DNA of 64,000 nt from an uncultured Acidobacteriota bacterium. GTDB taxonomy: Bacteria; Acidobacteriota; Blastocatellia; RBC074. The stretch is taken from NCBI GenBank assembly GCA_963796275.1, contig CAWCKY010000003.1, positions 1,216,001 to 1,280,000 on the forward strand, in the 5' to 3' direction. The notes beneath the pieces are model-generated. The model was not told the origin of the DNA and searched no databases. It saw only the letters and a program-made list of their open reading frames with translations. A program made the translations under genes and the position numbers. Positions 30,917-41,177 of this stretch are shown piece after piece (the first letter of the stretch is position 1; each line of letters begins with the position of its first letter).

Positions 30917-32569
30917 CTAACCGGATTTCAACATAAACCAATAAAATCCATACTCATTAAGCGCCATTTGATAGGGATGCGCGGTGATTCGCGGAAACTC
31001 CACCTGATATTGCAGGTCGATGGGAATCATTCCCTGATAACCGCTGAGATCGAGCTGCACCGGCTGCGATGAACGCGCCAGGTTGTAGATACAAAGAACC
31101 GTTTCGTCCTCATAGCTGCGGGTAAATGCGAAGATACTGCGGTTTTCCGGTTTGATGAACGAGATAGTGCCCCGGCCGAAGACCCGATGTTTTTTGCGCA
31201 AATTGATCATTTGCCGCATCCAGTGAAGCAGCGATGTCGAATGTCGCTGCTGGGCCTCGACGTTGACCGCCTGGTAGCCGTATACCGGATCCATAATTAT
31301 CGGAAAATACAATTGCGCAAAGTCGGCGCGCGAGAATCCGCTGTTGCGGTCTGCCGACCACTGCATAGGCGTCCGCACACCGTCGCGGTCGCCCAGATAG
31401 ATATTGTCCCCCATCCCGATCTCATCGCCGTAGTATAAAAAAGGGCTTCCGGGCAGGCTGAAGAGCAGGGCATTGAGCAGTTCGATGCGGCGGCGGCCGT
31501 TATCGAGCAACGGCGCAAGACGGCGGCGAATACCCATATTGACCCGCATCCGCCGGTCATTCGCATATTCCTGGTAGAGATAATCGCGCTCTTCATCCGT
31601 GACCATTTCCAGCGTCAGTTCATCGTGATTTCGGAGGAACATCCCCCACTGTGCCGTCAGAGGAGTGAGGGGAGTTCTTTCGAGTATTTCGACTATCGGT
31701 AACCTGTTCTCCTGCCTGAGCGCGATGAACAATCGCGGCATGATCGGAAAGTGATAACACATCTGACATTCGTCGCCATCGCCGAAATAGGCGACTACAT
31801 CCTCGGGCCATTGATTGGCTTCAGCCAGCAGGAGGCGGTCCGAATAATGGGAGTCGATATGAGCGCGCAGTCGTTTGATGAAAGCGTGCGTCTCCGGCAG
31901 GTTCTCGCAATTTGTGCCCTCGCGTTCGAAGAGATAGGGCACTGCATCGAGGCGGAAGCCGTCGATGCCCATCTCGAGCCAGAACGTGACGACGTCGATG
32001 ATCGTCTGCTGCAACTCGGGGTTGTCGTAGTTGAGATCCGGCTGATTGCTGAAGAACCGATGCCAATAGAATGCTTTAGATTGTTCATCCCATGACCAGT
32101 TGGATCTTTCGGTATCGAGAAAAATTATCCGAGCATCGTTGTATTTATGATCGGTATCGCTCCAGACATACCATCCGCGCTTCGGTGAATCTTGCGAGGC
32201 CCGGGATTCCTGGAACCACGGGTGTTGATCAGAGGTGTGATTGAGCACGAGATCGGCGATTACGCGAATGCCCCGACGATGCGCCGCTGAGAGAAAATTT
32301 TGCAGATCATCCAGCGTTCCGTATTCGGGCTGGATCGCGTAATAATCGGAAATATCATAGCCACCATCCATCATGGGAGACGCATAGAAAGGCAGGAGCC
32401 AGATGCAGTTCACGCCGAGCCATTCGAGATAGTCGAGCTTTTCAGTCAGACCGCGAAAATCGCCAATTCCGTCACCGGTAGCGTCATAGAAACCGCGGAC
32501 ATATACAGAATAAAAAATTGCGTCTTTATACCAGAGGGGATCAGGATTGAGCGAGCCAGTCGTAGTCAT
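30917..32569 (-). CDS. treS: Trehalose synthase (maltose alpha-D-glucosyltransferase), no maltokinase fusion
   Basis: WYKDAIFY, NHTSDQHPWFQ, GFRLDAVPYL, EANQWPED, FLRNHDELTLE. Confidence 0.95.
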   Translation of the reverse strand: MTTTGSLNPDPLWYKDAIFYSVYVRGFYDATGDGIGDFRGLTEKLDYLEWLGVNCIWLLPFYASPMMDGGYDISDYYAIQPEYGTLDDLQNFLSAAHRRGIRVIADLVLNHTSDQHPWFQESRASQDSPKRGWYVWSDTDHKYNDARIIFLDTERSNWSWDEQSKAFYWHRFFSNQPDLNYDNPELQQTIIDVVTFWLEMGIDGFRLDAVPYLFEREGTNCENLPETHAFIKRLRAHIDSHYSDRLLLAEANQWPEDVVAYFGDGDECQMCYHFPIMPRLFIALRQENRLPIVEILERTPLTPLTAQWGMFLRNHDELTLEMVTDEERDYLYQEYANDRRMRVNMGIRRRLAPLLDNGRRRIELLNALLFSLPGSPFLYYGDEIGMGDNIYLGDRDGVRTPMQWSADRNSGFSRADFAQLYFPIIMDPVYGYQAVNVEAQQRHSTSLLHWMRQMINLRKKHRVFGRGTISFIKPENRSIFAFTRSYEDETVLCIYNLARSSQPVQLDLSGYQGMIPIDLQYQVEFPRITAHPYQMALNEYGFYWFMLKSG

Positions 32570-32768
32570 AAATCGGACCCCGCGCTTCAACAAAAATGTT
32601 CAGACGGGAATACCGGATTTGCAATTTAACCAGAGTCTAGAAATTCCTGGCAAACTGTAAATCCCGTCTAATTTTCTCAGGGGGAAAATCTTGGGAGGGA
32701 TAATCAAATAATACGATGCCGGCGGGGGGTATTCCAGAAGGTGATGGACAGCCGTGCGAACGCTTCCT

Positions 32769-33284
32769 CTATTGTTTTTTCTCAAACTTCAGGGAAGCGG
32801 AATTGATACAGTAACGCAAGCCAGTAGGTTTCGGTCCATCATCGAAGACGTGGCCAAGATGAGCATCGCAGCGGCTGCACAGTATTTCGACGCGCCGCAT
32901 CAGAAAGCTGTTATCGGCCTCGGCGGTGATGTTTTCTTTAGCAATCGGCTGCCAGAAGCTCGGCCACCCCGTCCCTGAATCGAACTTGTGTTTTGAGCTG
33001 AAAAGTTCCTGCCCACAGCAGACGCAAGCATAAACGCCTTGCTCGTGATGGTTCCAATATTCGCCCGTGAAAGCGCGCTCGGTCCCTTTCTGGCGCGTGA
33101 CTTGAAATTGCATTGGCGTCAAAAGTTGCTTCCATTCTTCTTCCTTCTTCACAATCTTCCCCCTTGATTTCGTCATTTTGCCAGCTTCTGCTCGCTTCTT
33201 CGCATTAATTGCGGACTTCGTTGTCTGAGCGAGATAGAATCCGCCCAATACTGAAAGTATGACGATGGTTGCCAATATCTTCAT
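32769..33284 (-). CDS. msrB: Peptide-methionine (R)-S-oxide reductase with N-terminal signal/anchor
   Basis: [35 protein letters not shown]; two CxxC. Confidence 0.95.
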   Translation of the reverse strand: MKILATIVILSVLGGFYLAQTTKSAINAKKRAEAGKMTKSRGKIVKKEEEWKQLLTPMQFQVTRQKGTERAFTGEYWNHHEQGVYACVCCGQELFSSKHKFDSGTGWPSFWQPIAKENITAEADNSFLMRRVEILCSRCDAHLGHVFDDGPKPTGLRYCINSASLKFEKKQ

Positions 33285-33465
33285 AATTGAACCTTATAAT
33301 CAAACCTTCAAGTGAATTTTAAAATAACACTAAAAAAACAACACTAGATTCGTTCGTTTGTAACTATAACATTCAAGAAAAGGATCACTCGAGCCTAGCA
33401 CCGAGTAGAGAAAAATAAGTCTCATTTTGAATGACTCCGCTATCTGCGTCTGCGCAGCGCAAGCG

Positions 33466-34656
33466 TTAAAACTTCGCGCTACCTTCCGCCAGGTATTTTT
33501 CATACGCCTTGGTATCGAGGATATCTCTTATTTCGGCAATGGTAGCAGTCAGCTCATCATCGGTATTGAAAAAATGCGGGCCGATGCGAATCCCGGCGCC
33601 GGGCCTGAAATCGACCAGTACATTCCGTTCGCTCAGCTCCTGAACAACTCCGCCAGCGTATGGGACGTCGATGACAACCGAGCCCCCGCGCTTCGACGCG
33701 TCGCGCGGTGAATTCACCTTCCAACCCTGCTCATCGGCCAGAGCAATCAACTTCGTCGTCTGGTTAATAGACTTGGTCCTGATCCGTTCGAGGCCGATCT
33801 CGTTGATCAGATCATAACCGCTCTCGGCGGCATAAAGAGCCGGGATCGCAGGTGAGCCGTGCAGGAAGCGGCGAACGTCAGTGGTGTAATCGATCTCCCC
33901 CGGTTCGAATGAGAAGGGAGCTCGATGGGCCATCCATCCCGTGACTTTCGGTGAGAGCGTATTACGCAATTCGGGCTTGACGTAAAGGAAGCCCGAGCCT
34001 GACCCGCCGCAGAGCCACTTCACTGAGCCGCCGGTGGCGAAATCCACGTCGAACTCCTTCACGCTGAGCGGCAGCGCACCGGCGGACTGATAAACGTCCA
34101 GGACGACGAGAGCGCCTACTCTGTGCGCCTTCTCGACTATCGCTTTAACATCCTGCAGGTAGGCGCTCTTGAAGATCACGTGCGAGATCGGGACGAGGAG
34201 CGTCTCATCGTCGATCGCGTCGACCATACGCTGCGTATCTATCGTGATGCCGTCTTCGCTCGGGACCTCGACGATCTGCGCGCCGGAGGCCCGCGCGTGC
34301 GCTTCATAGACGTACATTACCGAGGGGAAGTTCATGGCCTCGTATACGATCTTGTTGCGCTTTTGCCCGAGATCGAAGCACGAAATGATGATCGACTGGC
34401 AAACGGAGACGTTCTGATGCATCACGACCGTTCCGGGATCAGCGCCGATGATCCGTGCTACTTTATCGCCCGTGGTGATGGGCATATCCCACCAACCCTC
34501 GGCCCACGCGCGGATCCCGCGCGTCGCCCAGGCATCGGCATACTCGCGGAGACGGTCGTAGGTCCTCTCCGGCATAGCGCCGAGCGAATGGTTGATCAGG
34601 TAAATCGATTTAGAAAGAATCGGAAAATGCTTGCGATACGAGATGAGTTGGTCCAT
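33466..34656 (-). CDS. kynU: Kynureninase (PLP, aminotransferase class V)
   Basis: YLINHSLGAMP, NFPS, LDVYQSAG, SVKWLCGG, GWMAH; clustered with kynA. Confidence 0.8.
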   Translation of the reverse strand: MDQLISYRKHFPILSKSIYLINHSLGAMPERTYDRLREYADAWATRGIRAWAEGWWDMPITTGDKVARIIGADPGTVVMHQNVSVCQSIIISCFDLGQKRNKIVYEAMNFPSVMYVYEAHARASGAQIVEVPSEDGITIDTQRMVDAIDDETLLVPISHVIFKSAYLQDVKAIVEKAHRVGALVVLDVYQSAGALPLSVKEFDVDFATGGSVKWLCGGSGSGFLYVKPELRNTLSPKVTGWMAHRAPFSFEPGEIDYTTDVRRFLHGSPAIPALYAAESGYDLINEIGLERIRTKSINQTTKLIALADEQGWKVNSPRDASKRGGSVVIDVPYAGGVVQELSERNVLVDFRPGAGIRIGPHFFNTDDELTATIAEIRDILDTKAYEKYLAEGSAKF

Positions 34657-34661
34657 AGCGA

Positions 34662-35363
34662 TTATCCGCCAGGCACTTCTGCTACCTCCAGAAGAGCGAA
34701 GAAACGATCCGTATCCTCGAAGTCAGGAATGACATGTTTGGCTCCTGCGTGGGTCAGGGCCGTTGCGCGCGTTCCGCTTGCAATGCCGATGAAAGCCAGG
34801 CCCAGTGCGTTTGCCGTCTGCACATCCCAGACCCCATCGCCGATAGAGACGATGCGGTCGAAAACCCGGCGCTGGTAAAGGCTGATAGATCTCGATATGG
34901 CAGCACTGACGATGGTTTCCCGCGCGATGCCGTCCTCGGCAAATCCACCGGGCAAGCCTCCATATTCTATCGAGGCTGCGCCCAGCTTCATTTCAGCCGA
35001 TCGTTGCCAGCATCCGGTGGCAATCGCCCTGTGCCAATCGGTCTTTTGTTTCAATAAGTTGAGCATCTCCCTTGCGCCCGGGACCTCCGCGAAGTACGTG
35101 CGATCTATTTCGCAATGTTCTACGAGCAAACTGACGAGACGGTCCTTGATGAGATTTTCATCATCACTGTGTGGTGCGCGTCCGAAGCGCTGGTGAAAGA
35201 TGTGATGGACGACACCGGTGTCGCTGACGTGTGGGCAATCAGCCCAGTCCGACTCAACTACGTTAAGCTGGTGGGTCTCAGCAAGAGCGCGCGCGAAGCA
35301 GATTGAGTCGACATGGCTTGTTTGTGTCAGTGTTCCATCGATGTCGAAGATTACAAGTTTCAT
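34662..35363 (-). CDS. HAD family hydrolase (class I)
   Basis: FDIDGTLT, ATG, IGDGVWD. Confidence 0.88.
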   Translation of the reverse strand: MKLVIFDIDGTLTQTSHVDSICFARALAETHQLNVVESDWADCPHVSDTGVVHHIFHQRFGRAPHSDDENLIKDRLVSLLVEHCEIDRTYFAEVPGAREMLNLLKQKTDWHRAIATGCWQRSAEMKLGAASIEYGGLPGGFAEDGIARETIVSAAISRSISLYQRRVFDRIVSIGDGVWDVQTANALGLAFIGIASGTRATALTHAGAKHVIPDFEDTDRFFALLEVAEVPGG

Positions 35364-35394
35364 GTATTTCTTCTCGTGTGTATTCTCTATTTTT

Positions 35395-36237
35395 CTACGA
35401 TTCGGTCAACAGAGATCTGGCAGCCCACAGTTCGGGAAAGAATTTCTTGTCGAGGGTAACTTTTAGATAGGATGCCCCGCCGCTGCCGCCTGTCCCCGTC
35501 TTCACGCCGATCGTACGCTCAACCATCTGAATATGCCGCAGGCGCCACCCGACAGTCAACTCGTCGAATTCGGTGAGCCGTTCGCAGAGATCGATCCAAT
35601 CGCGATGTCCCCGTTCATCATTGTAGATCGCCATAATCCCGCGCGAGCGCGCCTCAAACCTCTCCTGCTCGGTCGCGCCGGGGTCGAGCTCGGGGATCAC
35701 GCCCAGCGAAGTCAACGCATCGAAGAATACGTCGCGCAGCGAAGGTTCGCGCAGCCGCCGCTCGAGCTGGGCGTGCATCTCCGGGCCCGGTTCGTGATAA
35801 CGCAGCATCTTTTCGTCCTTCAGCCCGCAGAGGAACTCGATCTCGCGAAATTGTTCCGACTGAAAGCCGCTCGCCGGGCGCAGCTTGCTGCGGAATGCCA
35901 TGAAATGAGTCGGCAGCATCGTCTCGAGGATCGTGAACTGCTCCACCAGCACCCGCGCGATCTCCGTACAGCGCCGTAAGAGGCGCGCGGACTCGTAGAC
36001 TTCATCGCGGGATTCCGGATGCGACGCCGCGGCTCGCAGATTGGCGATCACCGCATCAAGTTCGTGTAATAGTTGTTTGAACCAGAGCTCATATGTCTGA
36101 TGAATGATGATGAACAGCATTTCATCGTGATGGCTTGGCTCGGATTGCGGGCGCTGTAAATCGATCAGATCGGCAACGCGCAGGTATTCGCCATAGGTTA
36201 ACTGTTTTGAACTGGCTGGTTCTGTTTGTTCCGACAT
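35395..36237 (-). CDS. kynA: Tryptophan 2,3-dioxygenase
   Basis: HDEMLFIIIHQTYELWFK, ASGFQSEQFR, VERTIGVKTGTGGSGG. Confidence 0.95.
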   Translation of the reverse strand: MSEQTEPASSKQLTYGEYLRVADLIDLQRPQSEPSHHDEMLFIIIHQTYELWFKQLLHELDAVIANLRAAASHPESRDEVYESARLLRRCTEIARVLVEQFTILETMLPTHFMAFRSKLRPASGFQSEQFREIEFLCGLKDEKMLRYHEPGPEMHAQLERRLREPSLRDVFFDALTSLGVIPELDPGATEQERFEARSRGIMAIYNDERGHRDWIDLCERLTEFDELTVGWRLRHIQMVERTIGVKTGTGGSGGASYLKVTLDKKFFPELWAARSLLTES

Positions 36238-36275
36238 CGTATAACCCTAATTATATGAAGAATCATCCCAAAACA

Positions 36276-36380
36276 AAATCCAGTTTTCAGTTTTCATTTT
36301 TAGTTTAGAGTTCCACATATTATGGAAAACTCGAGAACTAAAAACTAAAAACCAAAATCTAAAAACTGAAAACTGGATTT
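36276..36380. repeat. Heptamer-armed hairpin, CAGTTTT/CTRAAAA family
   Basis: Perfect 19-bp outer stem 36276-36294 / 36362-36380; the arms have unequal unit numbers; it abuts the dehydratase stop codon. Confidence 0.88.
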
Positions 36381-37356
36381 ACAGAATCGTCTTCAACGTC
36401 GACAGGCTGATATTCGCGCCGCATATCACAATAACGACATTCTGATTACGGTACGATTCTTGCATTTTCAGAAATCCGGCGATCGCGACGCCGGCAGAGC
36501 CCTCGATCAGCATATGATGGGTTTCGATGAATCGCCGCATAGCTTCGGCGATCTCCTCTTCGGATAGCAGAACGTAGTCGTCAACCAGATTGCGGCAGAG
36601 ATCGAATGTGATCGCGCCTCGTTCGAATCCGCCGGCCGTGCCATCCGAAAGCGTCGGCAAAGGGTCGAACTCAACGAACTTTCCTGCTTTAACCGAGAGG
36701 GCCATCTCTGGTGAATTCTCGGCCAGGCAGCCGATGATCGAGAGAGGATTCGGGAGTTGCGATTTCAGATAGCACGCGATGCCTGAGATCAATCCGCCGC
36801 CACCCACAGACGCAAACAGAGCATCGATCCGCGGGGATTGGCGTGCCACTTCTCTTCCGATCGTCCCTTGACCGGCGATGACAGCGGGATCGTTGTACGC
36901 TGAGATGTAGGTGAGCCCCTCCCGCTCGGCATATTGACGGGCGAAATTTTCCGTCTCGAGGCAACTCGATCCGTGGACGCGCGTCTCGGCTCCCAATCTT
37001 TCGATGGCAGCTACTTTGGCCGGAGCGGCATTTTCGGGTACGAAAATGATGCCGGGTCGATTCAGCGCGTGCAATCCGAAGGCCACGCCAGCGCCGTGAT
37101 TCCCCGTAGAGGCAGTGATCACCGGGCGAGTCGTCTGCCCATCATTGAGCGTGAGCAGTTTATTCATAGCGCCCCGCAGCTTGAATGAACCGGTATGCTG
37201 CAGATTCTCAAGCTTCAGCCAGACATGCGCCTGCGTGAGCTGACTGAGGTAGACGGAATATTCGAGCGGGGTTTCTTTAATGTAGGGCCGGATGCGTTCT
37301 TCGGCCTCAATGACTTCGTCGTAAGGTTTAATCAAAGTTGCGTCATCGCCTCTCAT
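36379..37356 (-). CDS. Serine/threonine dehydratase family PLP enzyme
   Basis: KLENLQHTGSFKLRGA, STGNHG, VGGGGLISG; start uncertain. Confidence 0.9.
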   Translation of the reverse strand: MRGDDATLIKPYDEVIEAEERIRPYIKETPLEYSVYLSQLTQAHVWLKLENLQHTGSFKLRGAMNKLLTLNDGQTTRPVITASTGNHGAGVAFGLHALNRPGIIFVPENAAPAKVAAIERLGAETRVHGSSCLETENFARQYAEREGLTYISAYNDPAVIAGQGTIGREVARQSPRIDALFASVGGGGLISGIACYLKSQLPNPLSIIGCLAENSPEMALSVKAGKFVEFDPLPTLSDGTAGGFERGAITFDLCRNLVDDYVLLSEEEIAEAMRRFIETHHMLIEGSAGVAIAGFLKMQESYRNQNVVIVICGANISLSTLKTIL

Positions 37357-38494
37357 ATTTATAAACAACGCCCTGAGTGCCGACTACCCAGCCGCAATCC
37401 GGCGCGATGAAAAAAAGCCTGGTGAGATTGGCGTGCGTCTCGAGCTGCGTTCCTTCCCACGTGATGCCCCCATCCAATGTCTGCAATAGCACACCCTGGT
37501 TCCCGGCGATCCATCCTGCATTGGGGCTGACGAAAAAGACATCGTTCAGGCCTTCGGTAATGTTTGAGGTCTGTCTCTGCCAGCTTCTGCCACCGTCGTT
37601 CGTTGCAATGATAACCCCGTTCGAGCCGACCGCCCAACCGCGCCTCGAGTCGACGAAATAGACGCTCCGGAGGGCATCCGTAACGCCCGAAACCCGTTCT
37701 TCCCAGATTTGCCCGCCGTTGGTTGTCTGTAATACCGTGCCACCGGCGCCGACGATCCACGCCTGTTTGGTATCGACCGCCATCACGTCATAGAACAACT
37801 TCTTCGACTCGGTGTACTGTAAGCTCCAATGAGCGCCGCCGTCTCTGGTTGTCTGGATCGTCCCCGATTCGCCACAGGCCCATCCCACATTTTCATCTGC
37901 GAAGAACATACGTACCATCACCGGTTCGGGGGTGCGAAGCGTCTCTTGATAACTGTCAGTCTCTTTTGGCTGAGCCTTACCCGACTCATCAACTGTGACC
38001 CTGCCGGTGGCCTTGTCCGGTCTTCTCCACGGCTGGCGAGCCAGCAAACCATCGCTCCAGCTCTGCCCGCGATCGGAGCTGAGCAGAAGGAAAGTACGGT
38101 CCGTGATATTGTACGCACCTCTGGGGCTGAACGAGCCAAATTCGCCGATCAGACAGAGGCCGGGTTCCTTTTCATTTTCCTTTTCTTTAAATGCCCAAAG
38201 GTCGCGGATCATCTCTTTTTTCTGTCGCTCGGGCAGAGATGGAACACGGTCCCATCTCCATCCTCCATCCTCCGTCGCCAACAGCGAACCGTTGCTGCCG
38301 GCTATCCAGCCTCTCCGGCGATCGAGGAAGAAGACCGTGGTGAAGCGGGTGAAACTGCCGCTCTTCTGCCTCATCCATTCGTACTCATCGCTGGTACGGT
38401 GATTTATGGCGGAAAGAGTGATTTGCGGCAGCCAGAACCCTCCCAGCGAGATGAGCGCGATGATCAGCGGGATGGCCAGCGGGATTCGTCTCAT
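37343..38494 (-). CDS. YCF48-like BNR/Asp-box beta-propeller protein
   Basis: Repeated GW.aG..G...T.DGG..W units; AAGGAGG before ATG 38494; signal peptide. Confidence 0.87.
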   Translation of the reverse strand: MRRIPLAIPLIIALISLGGFWLPQITLSAINHRTSDEYEWMRQKSGSFTRFTTVFFLDRRRGWIAGSNGSLLATEDGGWRWDRVPSLPERQKKEMIRDLWAFKEKENEKEPGLCLIGEFGSFSPRGAYNITDRTFLLLSSDRGQSWSDGLLARQPWRRPDKATGRVTVDESGKAQPKETDSYQETLRTPEPVMVRMFFADENVGWACGESGTIQTTRDGGAHWSLQYTESKKLFYDVMAVDTKQAWIVGAGGTVLQTTNGGQIWEERVSGVTDALRSVYFVDSRRGWAVGSNGVIIATNDGGRSWQRQTSNITEGLNDVFFVSPNAGWIAGNQGVLLQTLDGGITWEGTQLETHANLTRLFFIAPDCGWVVGTQGVVYKYERR

Positions 38495-38556
38495 TTTCCC
38501 TCCTTCTTTGATCTCTCGAAGCATCAGCGGCATGAATAACTCCTCTGGAATAGAAA

Positions 38557-38614
38557 CCACGAAAAACGAAGAACGAAGAGAATAAATAGCTTCATTCTCT
38601 TCGTTGCTTCGTGG
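38557..38614. repeat. CCACGAA/ACGAAG-type hairpin (9-mer-like family)
   Basis: Perfect 12-bp stem 38572-38583 / 38594-38605, plus outer CCACGAA/TTCGTGG. Confidence 0.7.
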
Positions 38615-38676
38615 GTCTTTTCATTGTTCCGGTCGTCTTAAAGCGACCTCCAATTGTAACCTATACTCCCGAACGA

Positions 38677-39597
38677 TCATTGGGCGAGGACGCGAGTCCA
38701 GGCCGCAACGTAGATGATATTGATGATCCGATCGATCGCCTTTTGAGCATTGCTCGGAATGACCACCATATCTCCCGGGACGAGGAAAACATCTTCCGCA
38801 CTGCCCTTTTCTATTTCTTTGACGTTTACCTTGATCGGCACCGGTTGACTGCCCGGCTGGTTGCGGAGGATGGTGACCTCCGAACTCTTGCCATATCTTG
38901 AGAAATAACCGGCTCGGGCGATCCCCTCAGTCACAGTCATGCGCCGTTGCATCTCGTAGATGCCGGGCGCATTGACGTTTCCAACTACGAGGAACTTCAA
39001 GCTATGAACCTGGTTCACCTGCACCGTCACTTTCGGATCGATGATGTATTCGATCAACCTCTCGGTGATCTCTTTCTCTATCTCGTCGGTAGTGCGGCCG
39101 GCGACCATGATCTGGCCGATCAGCGGGTAATTGATCTTGCCGTTGGGGGGGACTGTGATGTTCGACCGCGTATAGAGCGGTTGATCGAAAACATCGACCG
39201 TGATGATATCCTCAGGCCCAAGTCTGAGAGTGACGTAGAAATTGTTGATATATGGCAATATCGCCGCCTCGGCTTCGGATGAGTCTTCGCGGCGCAATGC
39301 ATTGCGCTCCTCATCGGTCAGTACCTTTGACGGAGTCGCGCTCGCGGTCTTCTTTTTAGTTGCAGTTTTAGTTGCAGTTGCCGCGGGAGCGACTTTCTCA
39401 TTCTTAACCGCCGGGGTCGAGTCGTCTATTGGCTTCTCAGATACCAACTCTTTTTTCGCCTGCTGTTCCTGCTCCTTCGTCTGCTCGGATTTCGGTTCCT
39501 GAGCGAAGACATTATTCAGAGGTACTATCAGAAGAGTTACGAGAAGATAAAAATGCCAACTTCGATGCCGTTTATTCAATTTCACGGAAATCATCAC
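38677..39597 (-). CDS. Polysaccharide export protein (Wza/OPX family: Poly_export + SLBB)
   Basis: LGPEDII, VPPNGKINYPLIG, AGRT, VVGNVNAPG, PGDMVVIP; no lipobox Cys evident. Confidence 0.9.
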   Translation of the reverse strand: MMISVKLNKRHRSWHFYLLVTLLIVPLNNVFAQEPKSEQTKEQEQQAKKELVSEKPIDDSTPAVKNEKVAPAATATKTATKKKTASATPSKVLTDEERNALRREDSSEAEAAILPYINNFYVTLRLGPEDIITVDVFDQPLYTRSNITVPPNGKINYPLIGQIMVAGRTTDEIEKEITERLIEYIIDPKVTVQVNQVHSLKFLVVGNVNAPGIYEMQRRMTVTEGIARAGYFSRYGKSSEVTILRNQPGSQPVPIKVNVKEIEKGSAEDVFLVPGDMVVIPSNAQKAIDRIINIIYVAAWTRVLAQ

Positions 39598-39692
39598 AAC
39601 CTCCCGTGCCTCATATTATTTGCCTGATGTTTACTGCGATTTTCCTTGCCAGTCAGCAATGAAGCTATATACCAAAGAAAACGCAATATTGC

Positions 39693-41162
39693 TTATCTGC
39701 CGTACCCGAAAAGTACTGTCTTTATCGATCGGAACATTATCCAGATATCGAACATGAGAGAGACGTTTTTGATGTAATAGAGATCGTATTGCAATTTCTG
39801 GATGGCGTCGTCGATCGACGAGCCATAGCCGTAATTAACTTGCGCCCATCCGGTCAATCCGGGTTCGACGAGATGGCGCTGCGTATAAAAGGGGATCTGC
39901 TCGGTCAGCTGCGTGACGAAATACGGCCGTTCCGCGCGCGGGCCGACGAAGCTCATCTCTCCCCGCAGGATGTTGATAAATTGCGGTATCTCGTCGACGC
40001 GCGTCTTGCGCATGAAGTTTCCGATGCGCGTGATGCGCGGATCTCGTTCCGCCGCCCACTGCGGAGTGCCGTCTTTCTCCGCGTCCTGCCGCATCGAACG
40101 GAATTTGATGATCTTGAAGAGCCGGCCGTTTTTTCCGACGCGTTCCTGCATATAAAAAATCGGACCCCGCGATTCAAGTTTGATTGCGAGGGCCGCCAGA
40201 ACCGCGATAGGGAAGGAAAACACGATAGCGATCAAGGCCATTGCCACGTTGAAGATACGCCGCATTGTGTTCCAAACCGGCGTCCGCTTGCTTCCGCCGG
40301 AAAAGATGAGCCAGCTCGGCCGCAACATATCGACGCTGATCTTTCCCGTCAGCTTCTCGTAAAGTGAAGTTCCTTCTTCAATCGCCGCCAAACCTTCCAG
40401 ACGGATCTTCAGCAACTGGTCGACCGGCAGAAAACCGCGCCGATCCTGTAAGGCGACGACCACCCGGTCTACCTTCTCCTCTTCGATGATTCGGCTTAAA
40501 TCTGCGACGACGCCGAGCACCTTCGGGTTGAAGAGGCTCTGTCCGACCAGCTTCGGATCGTCGGCGGCGAAACCGACGATATTGTATCCGAGGTCGCGGC
40601 GCCTCATCGCTTCGCGAGCCACCTCGATCGCCAGATTATCGGTACCGACGATCAGAATGCGCTCGCCGAGTCGCGGATGACGCAACAGCCAGTGAATCAT
40701 CAGTCGCCAGCAGATCATCAGCCCGAGCGCCAGGATCAGTGCGATTATGGGCAATCCATTATTGTATTGTCCCAGCCCCTTCCCCGGACCTGCCTGCAAA
40801 TACCAGGGGAGCGATGCCAGGCGCAGTCCGAAGATCGTCGCCATCACCACGATCACCGCACCGGAAGCCTGAAACAGGTCCATCAGCAGCTCACGGCGCA
40901 AACGCGGTTTCGAGAGTTCATACAGATCGAATAGGTAGAATATGAATTGCGCGACGAAAGTGGTGAACGCGACTTTGTATATTCCGCGTTCCTGGTAAAG
41001 CATATATTCGAACTCCTCTCCGAACCGGAGATAGAGACCAAGCAGGACTACGGAGAAAATAATTCCGGTCTCAACCACAAGAACGGTAAGCGTCTTTAGC
41101 CATACATCTCGGCCTAGCATAGGGTGTTTTCGGCTGAACGTTATGTGACGGATGTGTTCCAC
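39693..41162 (-). CDS. Polyprenyl glycosylphosphotransferase (XrtA/PEP-CTERM-type sugar transferase)
   Basis: YEKLTGKI...RPSWLIFS, KFRSM, DPRITRIG, DEIPQ, GPRAER, PGLTGWAQV. Confidence 0.92.
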   Translation of the reverse strand: MEHIRHITFSRKHPMLGRDVWLKTLTVLVVETGIIFSVVLLGLYLRFGEEFEYMLYQERGIYKVAFTTFVAQFIFYLFDLYELSKPRLRRELLMDLFQASGAVIVVMATIFGLRLASLPWYLQAGPGKGLGQYNNGLPIIALILALGLMICWRLMIHWLLRHPRLGERILIVGTDNLAIEVAREAMRRRDLGYNIVGFAADDPKLVGQSLFNPKVLGVVADLSRIIEEEKVDRVVVALQDRRGFLPVDQLLKIRLEGLAAIEEGTSLYEKLTGKISVDMLRPSWLIFSGGSKRTPVWNTMRRIFNVAMALIAIVFSFPIAVLAALAIKLESRGPIFYMQERVGKNGRLFKIIKFRSMRQDAEKDGTPQWAAERDPRITRIGNFMRKTRVDEIPQFINILRGEMSFVGPRAERPYFVTQLTEQIPFYTQRHLVEPGLTGWAQVNYGYGSSIDDAIQKLQYDLYYIKNVSLMFDIWIMFRSIKTVLFGYGR

Positions 41163-41177
41163 CCTGATCTCATAACT

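Noticed and set aside
37343-38494. YCF48 similarity as evidence of photosynthesis
   Set aside because: The Asp-box propeller is widespread in non-phototrophs, and no photosynthesis genes are present.
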